Positions 20,103 through 29,618 of a stretch of DNA of 64,000 nt are shown one piece after another. The notes beneath the pieces were generated by a model. It searched no databases. It was not told where the DNA came from and saw only the letters and a list, made by a program, of their open reading frames with translations. A program made the position numbers and the translations under genes. The DNA is from Candidatus Cloacimonadales bacterium. GTDB taxonomy: Bacteria > Cloacimonadota > Cloacimonadia > G963667145. Location: assembly GCA_965140615.1 (NCBI GenBank), contig OZ223280.1:770763-834762 (forward strand). The letters are read 5' to 3'. The first letter of the stretch is position 1. Each line of letters begins with the position of its first letter.

Positions 20103-20319
20103 ATATATATCCTTATTATATTACTATATTATTATTAAATATTAGAAGTAGTAGGGTTTGTTTTTTTGTTTGTTTTGTATATAATTTGTTTATTATTATT
20201 GTTTTATATGTGTGTTCTATTTGTGTGGATTTTATTTGAATGTTTCTTTTGTTTTTTTGATTCTTGTTTTTTTATTGTTTTACACATTAATAATATTTAG
20301 TTTTACACAGATTGTTTAT
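20103..20319. other. Putative chromosomal replication origin (oriC)
   Basis: Intergenic region downstream of dnaA with an AT-rich DUE, DnaA-trio run TAGAAGTAGTAGGG (20143-20156), and boxes TTTTACACA (20278, 20301), TGTATATAA (20176) and TGTGGATTT (20224). GC skew inverts across this region. Confidence 0.8.
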
Positions 20320-21651
20320 TTAATATTTTATGTTTTCTATTAACCTTTGTATTTCCAGATAGAAAGACTTGTCTTCTTCCATTTTTTTGTGGATTAACCT
20401 TCGTGCATTAATGACTGTAGAGTGATCTTTTCGTTTGTAATATAAGGCAATATGTTTAAGTGCGATCTGAGGGATGAGGAAGTTAGATAAGTACATGCCT
20501 ATTTGACGAGGAAATACGATGTTTTTCTTCTTAGTTTTTGATAAGATGTCTTTGGATGTAATGTTGTATTTTTCACATACTTTTTCTTTAATATTATCTA
20601 AAGTTAATGATTCTATCTTTTTAGACATAAGGGAAGATAAAATATCTTTTGCTAAATTTACCTCTATCTCTTCTGTTTTTATATCGTGAAAAGAAGAGTA
20701 TGCAACTAGTTTAGTTATAGCACCTTCAAGGGTTCTAATGTTATCTACGATATTTTCACAAATAAAATCTATTATTTCCCGAGAAAGTCTTGTTCCGTCT
20801 CGTTTGATTTTGTTTTCTACAATTGCAACCCTTGTTTCGTACTCTGGGATAGATAAATCAACGGTAAGTCCGCCTTCAAATCTGCTAACTAATCTTTTTT
20901 CTATTCCATCTAAATCTTTAGGAGGCTTGTCGCTAGTTATAACAATTTGTTTGTTTGTGTCGTATAATATATTGAAAGTGCTAAAAAATTCCTCTTGGGA
21001 AGACTCTTTTCTCTTAAAAAATTGAATATCATCGATAAGCAAAATATCAACATTACGAAAACTGTTTCTAAAACTTTCGCCACTTTTAGTTTGAATGGCA
21101 CTAATTAGTTGATTTGTAAAGTTTTCAGAAGTTGTGTATACAATTCTTTTTTTTATTGAACTATTTTGAGCATAGTGTCCGATTGCTTGCATAAGGTGTG
21201 TTTTTCCCATTCCAGAGTTACCATAAATAAACAAAGGATTGTACTTTCTTCCAGGATTTTCTGCCACTCCGTATGCTGCAGAGTAAGCAAAATTGTTGTT
21301 TTTACCGACAACGAATTGATCAAAAGTAAACCTATCGTTTAGTTTTATATATCTTGAGTTAGTTATGTTTTCCACAACTGGTACTTTTGCTATAACTTTT
21401 CGATTTTTCCCATAAAATTTTATATTATATTTTTTTCCATAAAGCTGTAAAGCTATCTCTTCTAAGGTTTTAGCGTAGTTTTTGTTTAAGAAACTAGAAG
21501 CAAACTCTGTTTCTACTTCGACAGAAAGTTTATTGTCGCTTAACTCTATTAATGTGGTAGACTTAAAGAAAGTGTTGAAACTTTTTTCGTTTATGTTTTC
21601 TTCTAAACTGTTGAGAATATTGTCCCAAATATCTTGATCTAAAGAATTCAT
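20320..21651 (-). CDS. dnaA: Chromosomal replication initiator DnaA
   Basis: FTFDQFVVG, NPLFIYGNSGMGKTHL, LLIDDIQF, PRQ and DHSTV motifs. Confidence 0.98.
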   Translation of the reverse strand: MNSLDQDIWDNILNSLEENINEKSFNTFFKSTTLIELSDNKLSVEVETEFASSFLNKNYAKTLEEIALQLYGKKYNIKFYGKNRKVIAKVPVVENITNSRYIKLNDRFTFDQFVVGKNNNFAYSAAYGVAENPGRKYNPLFIYGNSGMGKTHLMQAIGHYAQNSSIKKRIVYTTSENFTNQLISAIQTKSGESFRNSFRNVDILLIDDIQFFKRKESSQEEFFSTFNILYDTNKQIVITSDKPPKDLDGIEKRLVSRFEGGLTVDLSIPEYETRVAIVENKIKRDGTRLSREIIDFICENIVDNIRTLEGAITKLVAYSSFHDIKTEEIEVNLAKDILSSLMSKKIESLTLDNIKEKVCEKYNITSKDILSKTKKKNIVFPRQIGMYLSNFLIPQIALKHIALYYKRKDHSTVINARRLIHKKMEEDKSFYLEIQRLIENIKY

Positions 21652-21659
21652 CTAAAACC

Positions 21660-21938
21660 TCACTTTACAAATGTACCCAAAAGATAAAGAACAATTATCA
21701 AATTAACGATGATAACAAAAATGAACTTGTTTTTTAGGGAATTAAGTTTGTAGTTTAAACTATTTATCTTTTTTTCTAAGGATAATATTTTCTTTTCAAA
21801 ATCGATCTTTATTTGGTATTTTTCTAAGGTAGCTTTGCTGTTTTGGTTATTTAAAAAAGCTGAAAATATTTGCTTTATTACGAATTGTGCTAAGCTTAAT
21901 TTGTTGCTAGGAGCAGTTTCAATCATTTTCTTTTTCAT
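21660..21938 (-). CDS. Hypothetical coiled-coil protein with C-terminal membrane anchor
   Basis: Fills the lspA-dnaA gap on the operon strand; hydrophobic C-terminus. Confidence 0.6.
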   Translation of the reverse strand: MKKKMIETAPSNKLSLAQFVIKQIFSAFLNNQNSKATLEKYQIKIDFEKKILSLEKKINSLNYKLNSLKNKFIFVIIVNLIIVLYLLGTFVK

Positions 21939-22419
21939 TTTTTTCCTTAATTATTTGAAAAATAAAAAGAGATATGGCTATAAGAATATACGAATCTGCC
22001 AGATTAAAAACAGGCCATCTTTGGATGATAATATTTGGAAAGTCACAGTCTATGAAGTCGATGACAAATCCTTGCAAAATTCTATCTGCAAAGTTTCCTA
22101 AAGCCCCCGCTATTACTAAATAAAAACCAAATATTTCTGCGTTTTTTTTGCTTTTAATTAGGAGGAAAACAATAAAAAAAAGAGCAAAAAAAGTAAGTAT
22201 TGAGAAAATATAGTTATTGGCTATTGGGTTTTGTGAAAAAGAAAGAGAAAAGGCAGCACCGTAGTTTTTGGCGAAAGTGAGCTTAAGATACTCTCCTATT
22301 AGAGGATAGGAGTAGTAACCAAACTTTTGAAAAAAGGCTAGGGCAATATACTTGCTTGCTTGGTCTAAAGCTAAAAGAACAAGGGCGACAGGGATACCTA
22401 TAATTTTAGATTTAAGCAT
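21919..22419 (-). CDS. lspA: Lipoprotein signal peptidase
   Basis: DQASK, NYGAAFS, GALGNFADR, VIDFI and FNLAD motifs. Confidence 0.96.
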   Translation of the reverse strand: MLKSKIIGIPVALVLLALDQASKYIALAFFQKFGYYSYPLIGEYLKLTFAKNYGAAFSLSFSQNPIANNYIFSILTFFALFFIVFLLIKSKKNAEIFGFYLVIAGALGNFADRILQGFVIDFIDCDFPNIIIQRWPVFNLADSYILIAISLFIFQIIKEKNEKEND

Positions 22420-22666
22420 AAGTTTTCACGATTATTTTTTTTATAAAGTCGATAAGAAATATAACAATAATTGGAGATAAATCTATGGGAAGGTTGAGTT
22501 TAACTGAAATAAAACGGAACCTGTCTAAAATTGGGTCGGTAATTTTGCAAATAAAAAGGAAGATATTGCCTTGATGTCTGGAACTGCCCGACCACGATAA
22601 AATGGTTCTCAAGAAAATTATAAGTGAGTATAAATTTAGCAGTTTTATTATTATGTTTGTTATCAT
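22412..22666 (-). CDS. YggT family membrane protein
   Basis: ILSW, ITDPIL and IDLSPI motifs. Confidence 0.9.
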   Translation of the reverse strand: MITNIIIKLLNLYSLIIFLRTILSWSGSSRHQGNIFLFICKITDPILDRFRFISVKLNLPIDLSPIIVIFLIDFIKKIIVKTYA

Positions 22667-24291
22667 TTGTGGGTTATTACCTTTTCCTTGATTGTTAATA
22701 TTGAACTTGTATTTACGCTAAGTTCGTCAATACCTAAATCTAAAAATTTGTTTATTTTTTCAGAATTGGATGCGATTTCTCCACATAAAGCCGTGGGTTT
22801 GTTCTCTTTTTTGGTTGTTTCTAAAATAAGCTTTAAGGCTGTCAAGACAGACGGGCAAGTTTCGTCGTAATGTTGGCTTATGTGATTGTTGTTGCGGTCG
22901 ATCGCCATAATATATTGTGTGAGGTCGTTTGTGCCAATACTAAAAAAGTCGCAGCTTTTGGCGAAAGATTTTATTTGAAAAACGACAGATGGAACTTCAA
23001 TCATTATGCCGATTTGGATATTCTTGTCGTATGGTAGATTTTCTTTTTCTAGTTTGGCTTTGCACATTTCTAATATTTTTTTGCTTTCTTCTAGCTCTTC
23101 TATTCGTGATACCATAGGTAAAAGAATTTTCACTTTCCCATAAGCGGAAGCCATTAAAATAGCTTCTAGCTGTGTTGCAAAAATTTCGGGATTTTTGAGA
23201 GAAAACCTTATGCCTCTGAGTCCAAGAGCGGGGTTTTCCTCTTTTTCTAATTGTAAAAGGGAAAGACTTTTATCGCCACCAAAGTCAAAAGTTCTAATTG
23301 TTACGGAGTTTTGAAACTTTGTAACAATTTTTTTGTAGTAGTTAAATTGTTCTTTTCGCGAGGGTTGACTGAGCTTTTCCATATAAAACATTTCTGTGCG
23401 AAGTAATCCAACTCCGCGAGCTCCGTTTTTTATGGCGATTTCTATCTCTTCTTCAAAATCGATGTTGGCTCTTATTTTAATGAGTTTTCCGCTTTTGGTG
23501 AGAGAAGGTTTTTTGACGAGAAGTTTTAGTTCATCCGCTTTTGCTTTTTTTGCTTTTATTTTTTCTTCACATCTTTTTAAATCTTCTGCTTCTGGGTTCA
23601 AGATAAAGATGTTGTCAATGGAGTTTATGATTATATTCGAGCCTTCTTTTAACTTGTTGTAGTTATTTTTAAGCTCTATTATAGACGGTAAAAGCAAAGA
23701 TTTGAGGATGATAGAGGCGTGAGAAGTGGTGCTGCCGTATTTTAGACAAATGCCAACAACATTCTTATTTTTGTGATATTCGATAACTTGTCTGGGGGAG
23801 ATGTCTTCCAGAACGAGAATTGTCGGTTTGCTTATCTCTTTTTGGTTTATATTCTTATCTATAAGAGATTTTTTGACAAACTTATAATCGTCTATTCTCT
23901 CTTTTAGATAGGGGTTTTTCATGGAGATGAATTTTTTTTCAATCTCTAAAAATTTCTTACTTATAGCGGCTTCCATAGAGTGTAACTTTACTTGAATGAG
24001 GTGTTTAATATCTTTTTTAATCTCTGGGTCGTTTAGGATAGATTTGTGAACATTTATTATTTTATCAAAATTTGTGTCTTTGGAGTCGGCTAGGTGGAGA
24101 AGAGTTTCGTCTATTTCTTGGTTAGCTTTTGTTATTGCGTCTTCAAATTTTTTTAGCTCTTCATCTTTTTGGTTTTCTTTGATGTTCTCTCTTGTTTGAG
24201 CTATTTGAGAGGTAGCAATCTTGTGGACAGAACCTATTGCACAACCGTTAGTTAAAGGGATGCCAGCGTTTTTGATGGTTTGTTTTTTCAT
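22663..24291 (-). CDS. ptsI: PEP-protein phosphotransferase (PTS enzyme I)
   Basis: TSHASI phospho-His, GLLRTE, IRTFDFGGDK, NPALGLRGIR and SIGTNDLTQY motifs. Confidence 0.96.
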   Translation of the reverse strand: MKKQTIKNAGIPLTNGCAIGSVHKIATSQIAQTRENIKENQKDEELKKFEDAITKANQEIDETLLHLADSKDTNFDKIINVHKSILNDPEIKKDIKHLIQVKLHSMEAAISKKFLEIEKKFISMKNPYLKERIDDYKFVKKSLIDKNINQKEISKPTILVLEDISPRQVIEYHKNKNVVGICLKYGSTTSHASIILKSLLLPSIIELKNNYNKLKEGSNIIINSIDNIFILNPEAEDLKRCEEKIKAKKAKADELKLLVKKPSLTKSGKLIKIRANIDFEEEIEIAIKNGARGVGLLRTEMFYMEKLSQPSRKEQFNYYKKIVTKFQNSVTIRTFDFGGDKSLSLLQLEKEENPALGLRGIRFSLKNPEIFATQLEAILMASAYGKVKILLPMVSRIEELEESKKILEMCKAKLEKENLPYDKNIQIGIMIEVPSVVFQIKSFAKSCDFFSIGTNDLTQYIMAIDRNNNHISQHYDETCPSVLTALKLILETTKKENKPTALCGEIASNSEKINKFLDLGIDELSVNTSSILTIKEKVITHK

Positions 24292-24557
24292 TGGTCAAAG
24301 TTGTTGTCAAAGAGCTCTAGCATACTTTCTAAGGCTTCGTCTTCGTCGTCGCCGCAAGCGGTTATTTGGATTTTGTCTCCGCATTCGCCTGCCATTGCCA
24401 TAACATTGAAGATGCTTTTAGCGTTGGCTTTGAAGCTTTCTTTTATCTTTTCTAAAAAAATGTCGCTGCTGAACTCTTCGGCTGTTTGCACTATGAGTTG
24501 AGCAGGTCTGGCGTGGATGCCCGATTTTAGGCGTACGGTAGTCTCTTGTGAAATCAT
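24288..24557 (-). CDS. ptsH: Phosphocarrier HPr
   Basis: GIHARPA (His15) and NAKSI (Ser46). Confidence 0.96.
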   Translation of the reverse strand: MISQETTVRLKSGIHARPAQLIVQTAEEFSSDIFLEKIKESFKANAKSIFNVMAMAGECGDKIQITACGDDEDEALESMLELFDNNFDQ

Positions 24558-24562
24558 AATTT

Positions 24563-25501
24563 TTATTTAAAGAAGTTTTTTTGTTTTTGGATGTAGGTTT
24601 GTGCTGCGTCGTAGCCAAAAGAGATAGTTAGGAAGTTGAGTACGGCGGTTTCTATCAAGATAGACATATTTTTGCCCGGAGAGACAGGTAGCTGAAAGAG
24701 TGGCACGGGTGTTTGCAGTAAGTTCTTAAATTTCTTATTATCCAGTCTTTCGGTGTTGACGGAGTCGTAGTTGCGGTTTGTGCTGTATGGAATAAGTTCG
24801 ATGATCATATCTAGGGTTTTCTTCTTTCTGATGGCTTGGATGCCAAACATTTTCTGGATGTCAACGATGCCGATGCCTCTTATCTCCATAAACGAGCGGT
24901 CTTCGCGGGTGGAGGCTCCTTCTAGTTGTCCGTTGGAGAGTTTGGCAATACTGGTGGAGTCGTCGCAAACTAGGCGGTGTCCCCTTTCTATGAGGTCTAA
25001 GGCACTCTCGCTCTTGCCTACTCCACTTTTGCCTATGATGAGCACGCCAGCACCATAGATGTCCATAAAAGTGGAGTGCTCTATGGTGCGAGGGCAGAAT
25101 ATGGTGTCGAGCTTCTGGGTGATTAGACGGATGAGGTTGTCAGTGGAGAGGGGCGTTTGTATAATCGGGATGTTGGACTCATTGGCAAGGATGGTGATGT
25201 ACTGGGGGACGGTGTTCCCTTTGCTAAAAAAAAGGCAAGGGATGCTGTAGGTGAAGACCTGCTTTAGTTTGTCGTAGATGTCCTCTTTGGATGAGCTTTG
25301 GATGTAGCCAACTTCAGGGTCGCCCAGTATCTGCACGCGATTGTACGAGAACCGTTCTAAATAGCCACTAAGGGCAAGACCCGGGCGATTGATATAGGGG
25401 TTGGAAATAATGGTAGAAAAGGTTTTTTCATCTGTAACTTTGTTAAAGATGTTCTCCTTTTCTAATATTTCAAAAAGTTCCTGAGTTGTAATTTTTTTCA
25501 T
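24563..25501 (-). CDS. hprK: HPr kinase/phosphorylase
   Basis: RPGLAL, GKSGVGKSE, RGHRLVCDD and EIRGIG motifs. Confidence 0.96.
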   Translation of the reverse strand: MKKITTQELFEILEKENIFNKVTDEKTFSTIISNPYINRPGLALSGYLERFSYNRVQILGDPEVGYIQSSSKEDIYDKLKQVFTYSIPCLFFSKGNTVPQYITILANESNIPIIQTPLSTDNLIRLITQKLDTIFCPRTIEHSTFMDIYGAGVLIIGKSGVGKSESALDLIERGHRLVCDDSTSIAKLSNGQLEGASTREDRSFMEIRGIGIVDIQKMFGIQAIRKKKTLDMIIELIPYSTNRNYDSVNTERLDNKKFKNLLQTPVPLFQLPVSPGKNMSILIETAVLNFLTISFGYDAAQTYIQKQKNFFK

Positions 25502-25518
25502 TTAAGCAGTGTAAAGGC

Positions 25519-26061
25519 TTATGCTTCGATGATTTTGTAATGTTCGCTGTCTATTTTGATGATGGTGTTGACTTTGCCAGAGTTGTCGTCTCTGTACACG
25601 AAATAGTTCAGGTTGTTTTCTTTCAAAGAGTCGATAGCTTTGTCTGTTGTCATGGTTTCGGCGAAGAATTTGTTAGACTCTATCTCTACCTTGTTTTCGT
25701 CAGAGTCTCCTTTTTTGTAAAGTTGGCTTTTTGATCTTTTGGTATAGTTTTTTTGTTTCGCTTTGTGATGGTCAGCCTTTTTTTCTCGGTCTTTTTTCAG
25801 TTGAGTCTCAATCTTGTGCGAGCACTCTTCGATAGCTTTAAAAAGGATGTCGTTTTCGGCTTCAGATCTAAAGTCGTTGCCTGAACAGTGCACGGACAAA
25901 GAGACAGAGAAGTTTTCGGTTTTGGATTTATTGTAATCCATAATAGCTTTTACATCTATAATTTTTTCGAAGTAGTGGGAGAAGTGTTCACAGGTGGACT
26001 CTAGGTAGTCTTTGACAGAGTCGGTTAAATCGAAGTGTCTGGCGGTAATACTGATTTGCAT
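25519..26061 (-). CDS. hpf: Ribosome hibernation promoting factor (long HPF/RaiA)
   Basis: MQISITARHFDLT N-domain plus S30AE C-domain (MTTDKAI, FVYRD). Confidence 0.88.
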   Translation of the reverse strand: MQISITARHFDLTDSVKDYLESTCEHFSHYFEKIIDVKAIMDYNKSKTENFSVSLSVHCSGNDFRSEAENDILFKAIEECSHKIETQLKKDREKKADHHKAKQKNYTKRSKSQLYKKGDSDENKVEIESNKFFAETMTTDKAIDSLKENNLNYFVYRDDNSGKVNTIIKIDSEHYKIIEA

Positions 26062-26222
26062 AATGCCTCCTTGCAAAATAGTGTTAATTTTGTCAGTATT
26101 AAAGACGAGAATTGGTCAAAATGTCAAGTTTATTTTGTTTTTCAGTTAAATTTGATTGACACCCGAAGTTGATTTTTTTCATTGCCTGAGTTGTTAATCA
26201 AATTTTTTAGTTGAGGGCGAAT

Positions 26223-27302
26223 ATGAAATTAGGTATCGTTGGATTACCAAATGTGGGGAAGAGTACTCTTTTTAATGCCATAACTTCTGCGGGAGCTGAG
26301 TCTGCTAATTACCCTTTTTGCACTATTGAGCCTAATGTAGGAGTGGTGAGCGTACCCGACGATAGACTGGAGTTTCTGGAAGAGTTCTACAAGGCTAAAT
26401 CTAAGGTGTACACATCCATCGAGTTTTTTGATATTGCTGGGCTGGTAAAAGGTGCGTCCAAGGGTGAGGGGCTTGGTAATAAGTTCTTGGCTAACATTAG
26501 GGAAGTGGAAGCTATTATTCATGTGGTGAGGTGTTTTGATGATGAAAATGTTGCCCATGTGAACGGGCAGGTTGATCCTGCTGGCGATGTGCAGACGATT
26601 AACTTGGAGTTAATGCTCTCAGACCAGCAGCTTTTGGCTAAGCAGATAGAGAAGGCGAGGAAGCAGCTGAAGGCGGATAAGTCTATTGCCAAGAAGTTGG
26701 CTTTGATGGAAAAGATTTTTGCTCAATTGGACGAAGAAAAACCTGTAAACGATATGCAACTCTCGGACGAGGAGAAAGCGGAGATTAAGCGGCTTAACTT
26801 GCTTAGCAGCAAACCTGTGCTTTATGTTGCGAATGTTAGTGAGTACGATGTAATTACTGGTAACGACTATGTAAACGCTTTGAAAGAGGTGGTAGGCGAA
26901 GACCAGCTTTTGCTTATTTCGGCTGCTATAGAAAATGAAATAGCTCAGCTGGAAGCTGAAGAGAAGAGAGAGTTTTTGCAAGATATGGGTCTGAGTCGCT
27001 CGGGACTGGACAAGATAGTGCTTCGTAGTTATGAGCTTTTGAACTTGATTAGTTTTTTAACAGCTGGAGAAAAAGAGGTGAGAGCTTGGACGATAAAGAA
27101 GGGGTCTTTAGCTCCCGAGGCTGCGGGCAAAATTCACTCAGATATCCAGCGAGGTTTTATTAGAGCAGAGACGATCTCCTTTGACGATTTTAAAAAATGC
27201 GGATCTTTGGCTGTGGCAAAGAGCAAGGGACTGCTTAGGCTAGAGGGCAAGGAGTACCCAGTTAAAGATGGGGATATTGTAAATTTTAGATTTAATGTTT
27301 GA
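26223..27302 (+). CDS. ychF: Redox-regulated ATPase YchF
   Basis: GIVGLPNVGKST, NYPFCTIEPN, DIAGLV and C-terminal FRFNV. Confidence 0.97.
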   Translation: MKLGIVGLPNVGKSTLFNAITSAGAESANYPFCTIEPNVGVVSVPDDRLEFLEEFYKAKSKVYTSIEFFDIAGLVKGASKGEGLGNKFLANIREVEAIIHVVRCFDDENVAHVNGQVDPAGDVQTINLELMLSDQQLLAKQIEKARKQLKADKSIAKKLALMEKIFAQLDEEKPVNDMQLSDEEKAEIKRLNLLSSKPVLYVANVSEYDVITGNDYVNALKEVVGEDQLLLISAAIENEIAQLEAEEKREFLQDMGLSRSGLDKIVLRSYELLNLISFLTAGEKEVRAWTIKKGSLAPEAAGKIHSDIQRGFIRAETISFDDFKKCGSLAVAKSKGLLRLEGKEYPVKDGDIVNFRFNV

Positions 27303-27308
27303 TTTTTG

Positions 27309-29618
27309 ATGATGAGAAAAAGACGCCTTATTTGGGGAGGAGTGCTGATACTTTTTTCGGTGCTTTTTTTTGTTGCGTTGTCGGCGGGGTATGTAAACAC
27401 GCTTTTTGATTACCGCACTTTTTCTGGGTTGTCTGGCTCTGATAAATTTGGCGTGTCTACCACAAACTCTGTGGGAATTTTTGGAATGGTTGTTAGTTAT
27501 TGGGGATATGCGATTTTCGGCAACTATTTTGTATATTTGGTCAATTCTATTCTTCTGCTGGTAGGGATAACTCTTTTTATTCCCGAGAAACGCTTTTTTC
27601 TTTTGACTAAACTCTTTAGCTTTTTTGTGCTTTCTTTGTTCTTATATTTCTTTTGTGCTCAGCTGGCTCTTTTTTCTACACCCGTAGGAATGATAGCGGA
27701 CAATTATTTGGTTTTGCTTGCACAAATTTTTGGAGAGACAGGTTCTGCCATCGTTACTTTCTTCCTGCTGTTTTTCTTTTTGGTTGTTTTTGTAGAGTTA
27801 AAAAAGATTTGCGACTTTTTGGGATTTACCAGTAAAATGGCTTTTAAGGTTTATAAAGGATCGGAGCACGCTTATCAAGAGGCAAAAAAGATAAGCTGGA
27901 GGAGTTGGGCTGTTTTTAATTTTTACGAAAAAAGGATTCTTCCTTTTGTGCAAAAGCGGATTGCGATTATATCTTCTAAAAAAGCAAATGAGAAAGAGGA
28001 TTTTGAATTGTCAGAGCAAAATATCTCAGAGATAGAAGAAGATTTTTCTGAGGATGAGAGTATCTTTAAAATAAAGGAAAACAAGCAAGATATAAAAATT
28101 GCTGAAAAACTTGTTCCACATAGAACTTTTCCCGAACTAAAGCAAACCCAAGCAGTTAGCGACGATGAAAAATTTGTTTTACCTTCTATGGAAAGGTTTT
28201 TGAATAAGTTGCCTGTGAATACCGCAAAAGATGGTGCAAAACTGAAGAGAAGGGCAGAGAAAATTTCTTCTATTTTGGAGAAGAAGTTGGCAGAGTTTGG
28301 GGTGGAGGCAGAGGTTGTGGGGGTTAGCTATGGTCCTGTTATCACACAGTTCGAGATGAAGCCCTCGCCGGGTGTGAAGGTTAGCAGGTTTGTAGCTTTG
28401 CAAGACGACCTCTCTTTGGCTCTGAAGGCACGGTCTTTGCGGGTGCAAGCACCTATTCCCGGTGAGGACAAGATTGGCATAGAGATACCCAACCAAGAGA
28501 TGGAACTGATATCTTTGCGAAAGGTGTTGGACGGTTATCGGGAGGATAAGTTCTTGCCGATGGCTTTGGGAGTAGATATAGCGGGTAACCCCGTGATAGC
28601 TGACCTTGCTAAGACTCCGCACTTGTTGATAGCGGGTGCTACAGGTGCAGGCAAAAGTGTCTGTGTGAACACCTTAATCAACTCCTTGCTCTTTTACCTG
28701 ACACCTGACGAGCTACGGATGGTGATGATTGATCCTAAGAAGATAGAGCTTTCGGGCTATGCAGATATACCTCATCTTATTCAAGAGATTGTTACTTTGC
28801 CAGAAGACAGTTTGGCAGCTTTGAACTGGGCAACCAAGGAGATGGATGATCGTTACTCTTTGTTACAAAAATATGGGGTTCGCGATTTGCGTTCTTTTAA
28901 TAAGGTGGTGGAAGCCTTAGACCAGAAAAATGTTTTGGAAGAGGAGAAGGTGGAGAAGCTGCCTTATATCGTGGTGGTGGTGGATGAGTTCGCCGACCTA
29001 ATAATGACTGCCGGCAAGGAGATTGAAAAGCCGATTACTCGCTTGGCCCAGATGGGGCGAGCTGTGGGCTTCCATTTGATATTGGCCACGCAAAGACCCT
29101 CGACGCAAGTAATAACCGGCGTGATAAAGGCAAACTTCCCATCGAGGATAGCTTTTAGGGTGTCTTCCAAGATAGACTCGCGAGTGATTTTGGATGTTAA
29201 TGGGGCAGAGAAGCTCTTGGGACGAGGCGATATGTTGTTCTTGGCTCCGGGGAAATCGGATGTGATCCGTGTGCACGGAGCTTATATCTCGGACAAAGAG
29301 ATTGAGGGCGTGGTGCAACATCTGCGGACTCAGCCGAAGCCGAAGAAAGATTTTGTCTTGTTTAGCGATGAGCAAGAGTCTGTAAGTGGGGGCTTTGATA
29401 GTGAGGACGAGCTGTTTGTAGATGCTGCCAAGTTTGTTGTGGATAGCAAAACCGCTTCTGTGTCGATGTTGCAGAGGCATTTTAAGATTGGCTACGCTAG
29501 GGCGGGTCGCTTGGTAGATTTGCTGGAGCAAGCGGGCATTGTTGGTCCGCATCTGGGCAGTAAACCACGAGAAGTGAGAGCTACGGAAGAGGAATTGAAG
29601 ATTTATGGCTATGTTTAG
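27309..29618 (+). CDS. ftsK: DNA translocase FtsK
   Basis: N-terminal TM domain, PHLLIAGATGAGKS, IDPK, DEFADL, ATQRPS and gamma domain IGYARA. Confidence 0.96.
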   Translation: MMRKRRLIWGGVLILFSVLFFVALSAGYVNTLFDYRTFSGLSGSDKFGVSTTNSVGIFGMVVSYWGYAIFGNYFVYLVNSILLLVGITLFIPEKRFFLLTKLFSFFVLSLFLYFFCAQLALFSTPVGMIADNYLVLLAQIFGETGSAIVTFFLLFFFLVVFVELKKICDFLGFTSKMAFKVYKGSEHAYQEAKKISWRSWAVFNFYEKRILPFVQKRIAIISSKKANEKEDFELSEQNISEIEEDFSEDESIFKIKENKQDIKIAEKLVPHRTFPELKQTQAVSDDEKFVLPSMERFLNKLPVNTAKDGAKLKRRAEKISSILEKKLAEFGVEAEVVGVSYGPVITQFEMKPSPGVKVSRFVALQDDLSLALKARSLRVQAPIPGEDKIGIEIPNQEMELISLRKVLDGYREDKFLPMALGVDIAGNPVIADLAKTPHLLIAGATGAGKSVCVNTLINSLLFYLTPDELRMVMIDPKKIELSGYADIPHLIQEIVTLPEDSLAALNWATKEMDDRYSLLQKYGVRDLRSFNKVVEALDQKNVLEEEKVEKLPYIVVVVDEFADLIMTAGKEIEKPITRLAQMGRAVGFHLILATQRPSTQVITGVIKANFPSRIAFRVSSKIDSRVILDVNGAEKLLGRGDMLFLAPGKSDVIRVHGAYISDKEIEGVVQHLRTQPKPKKDFVLFSDEQESVSGGFDSEDELFVDAAKFVVDSKTASVSMLQRHFKIGYARAGRLVDLLEQAGIVGPHLGSKPREVRATEEELKIYGYV
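28112..28127. other. parS-like site (inside ftsK)
   Basis: TGTTCCACATAGAACT versus parS TGTTCCACGTGGAACA (13/16); near-identical copy at 30314. Confidence 0.55.

Noticed and set aside
17500..24300. Low-GC block as a genomic island or prophage
   Set aside because: It contains only core genes and dnaA, with no integrase, att sites or phage genes.
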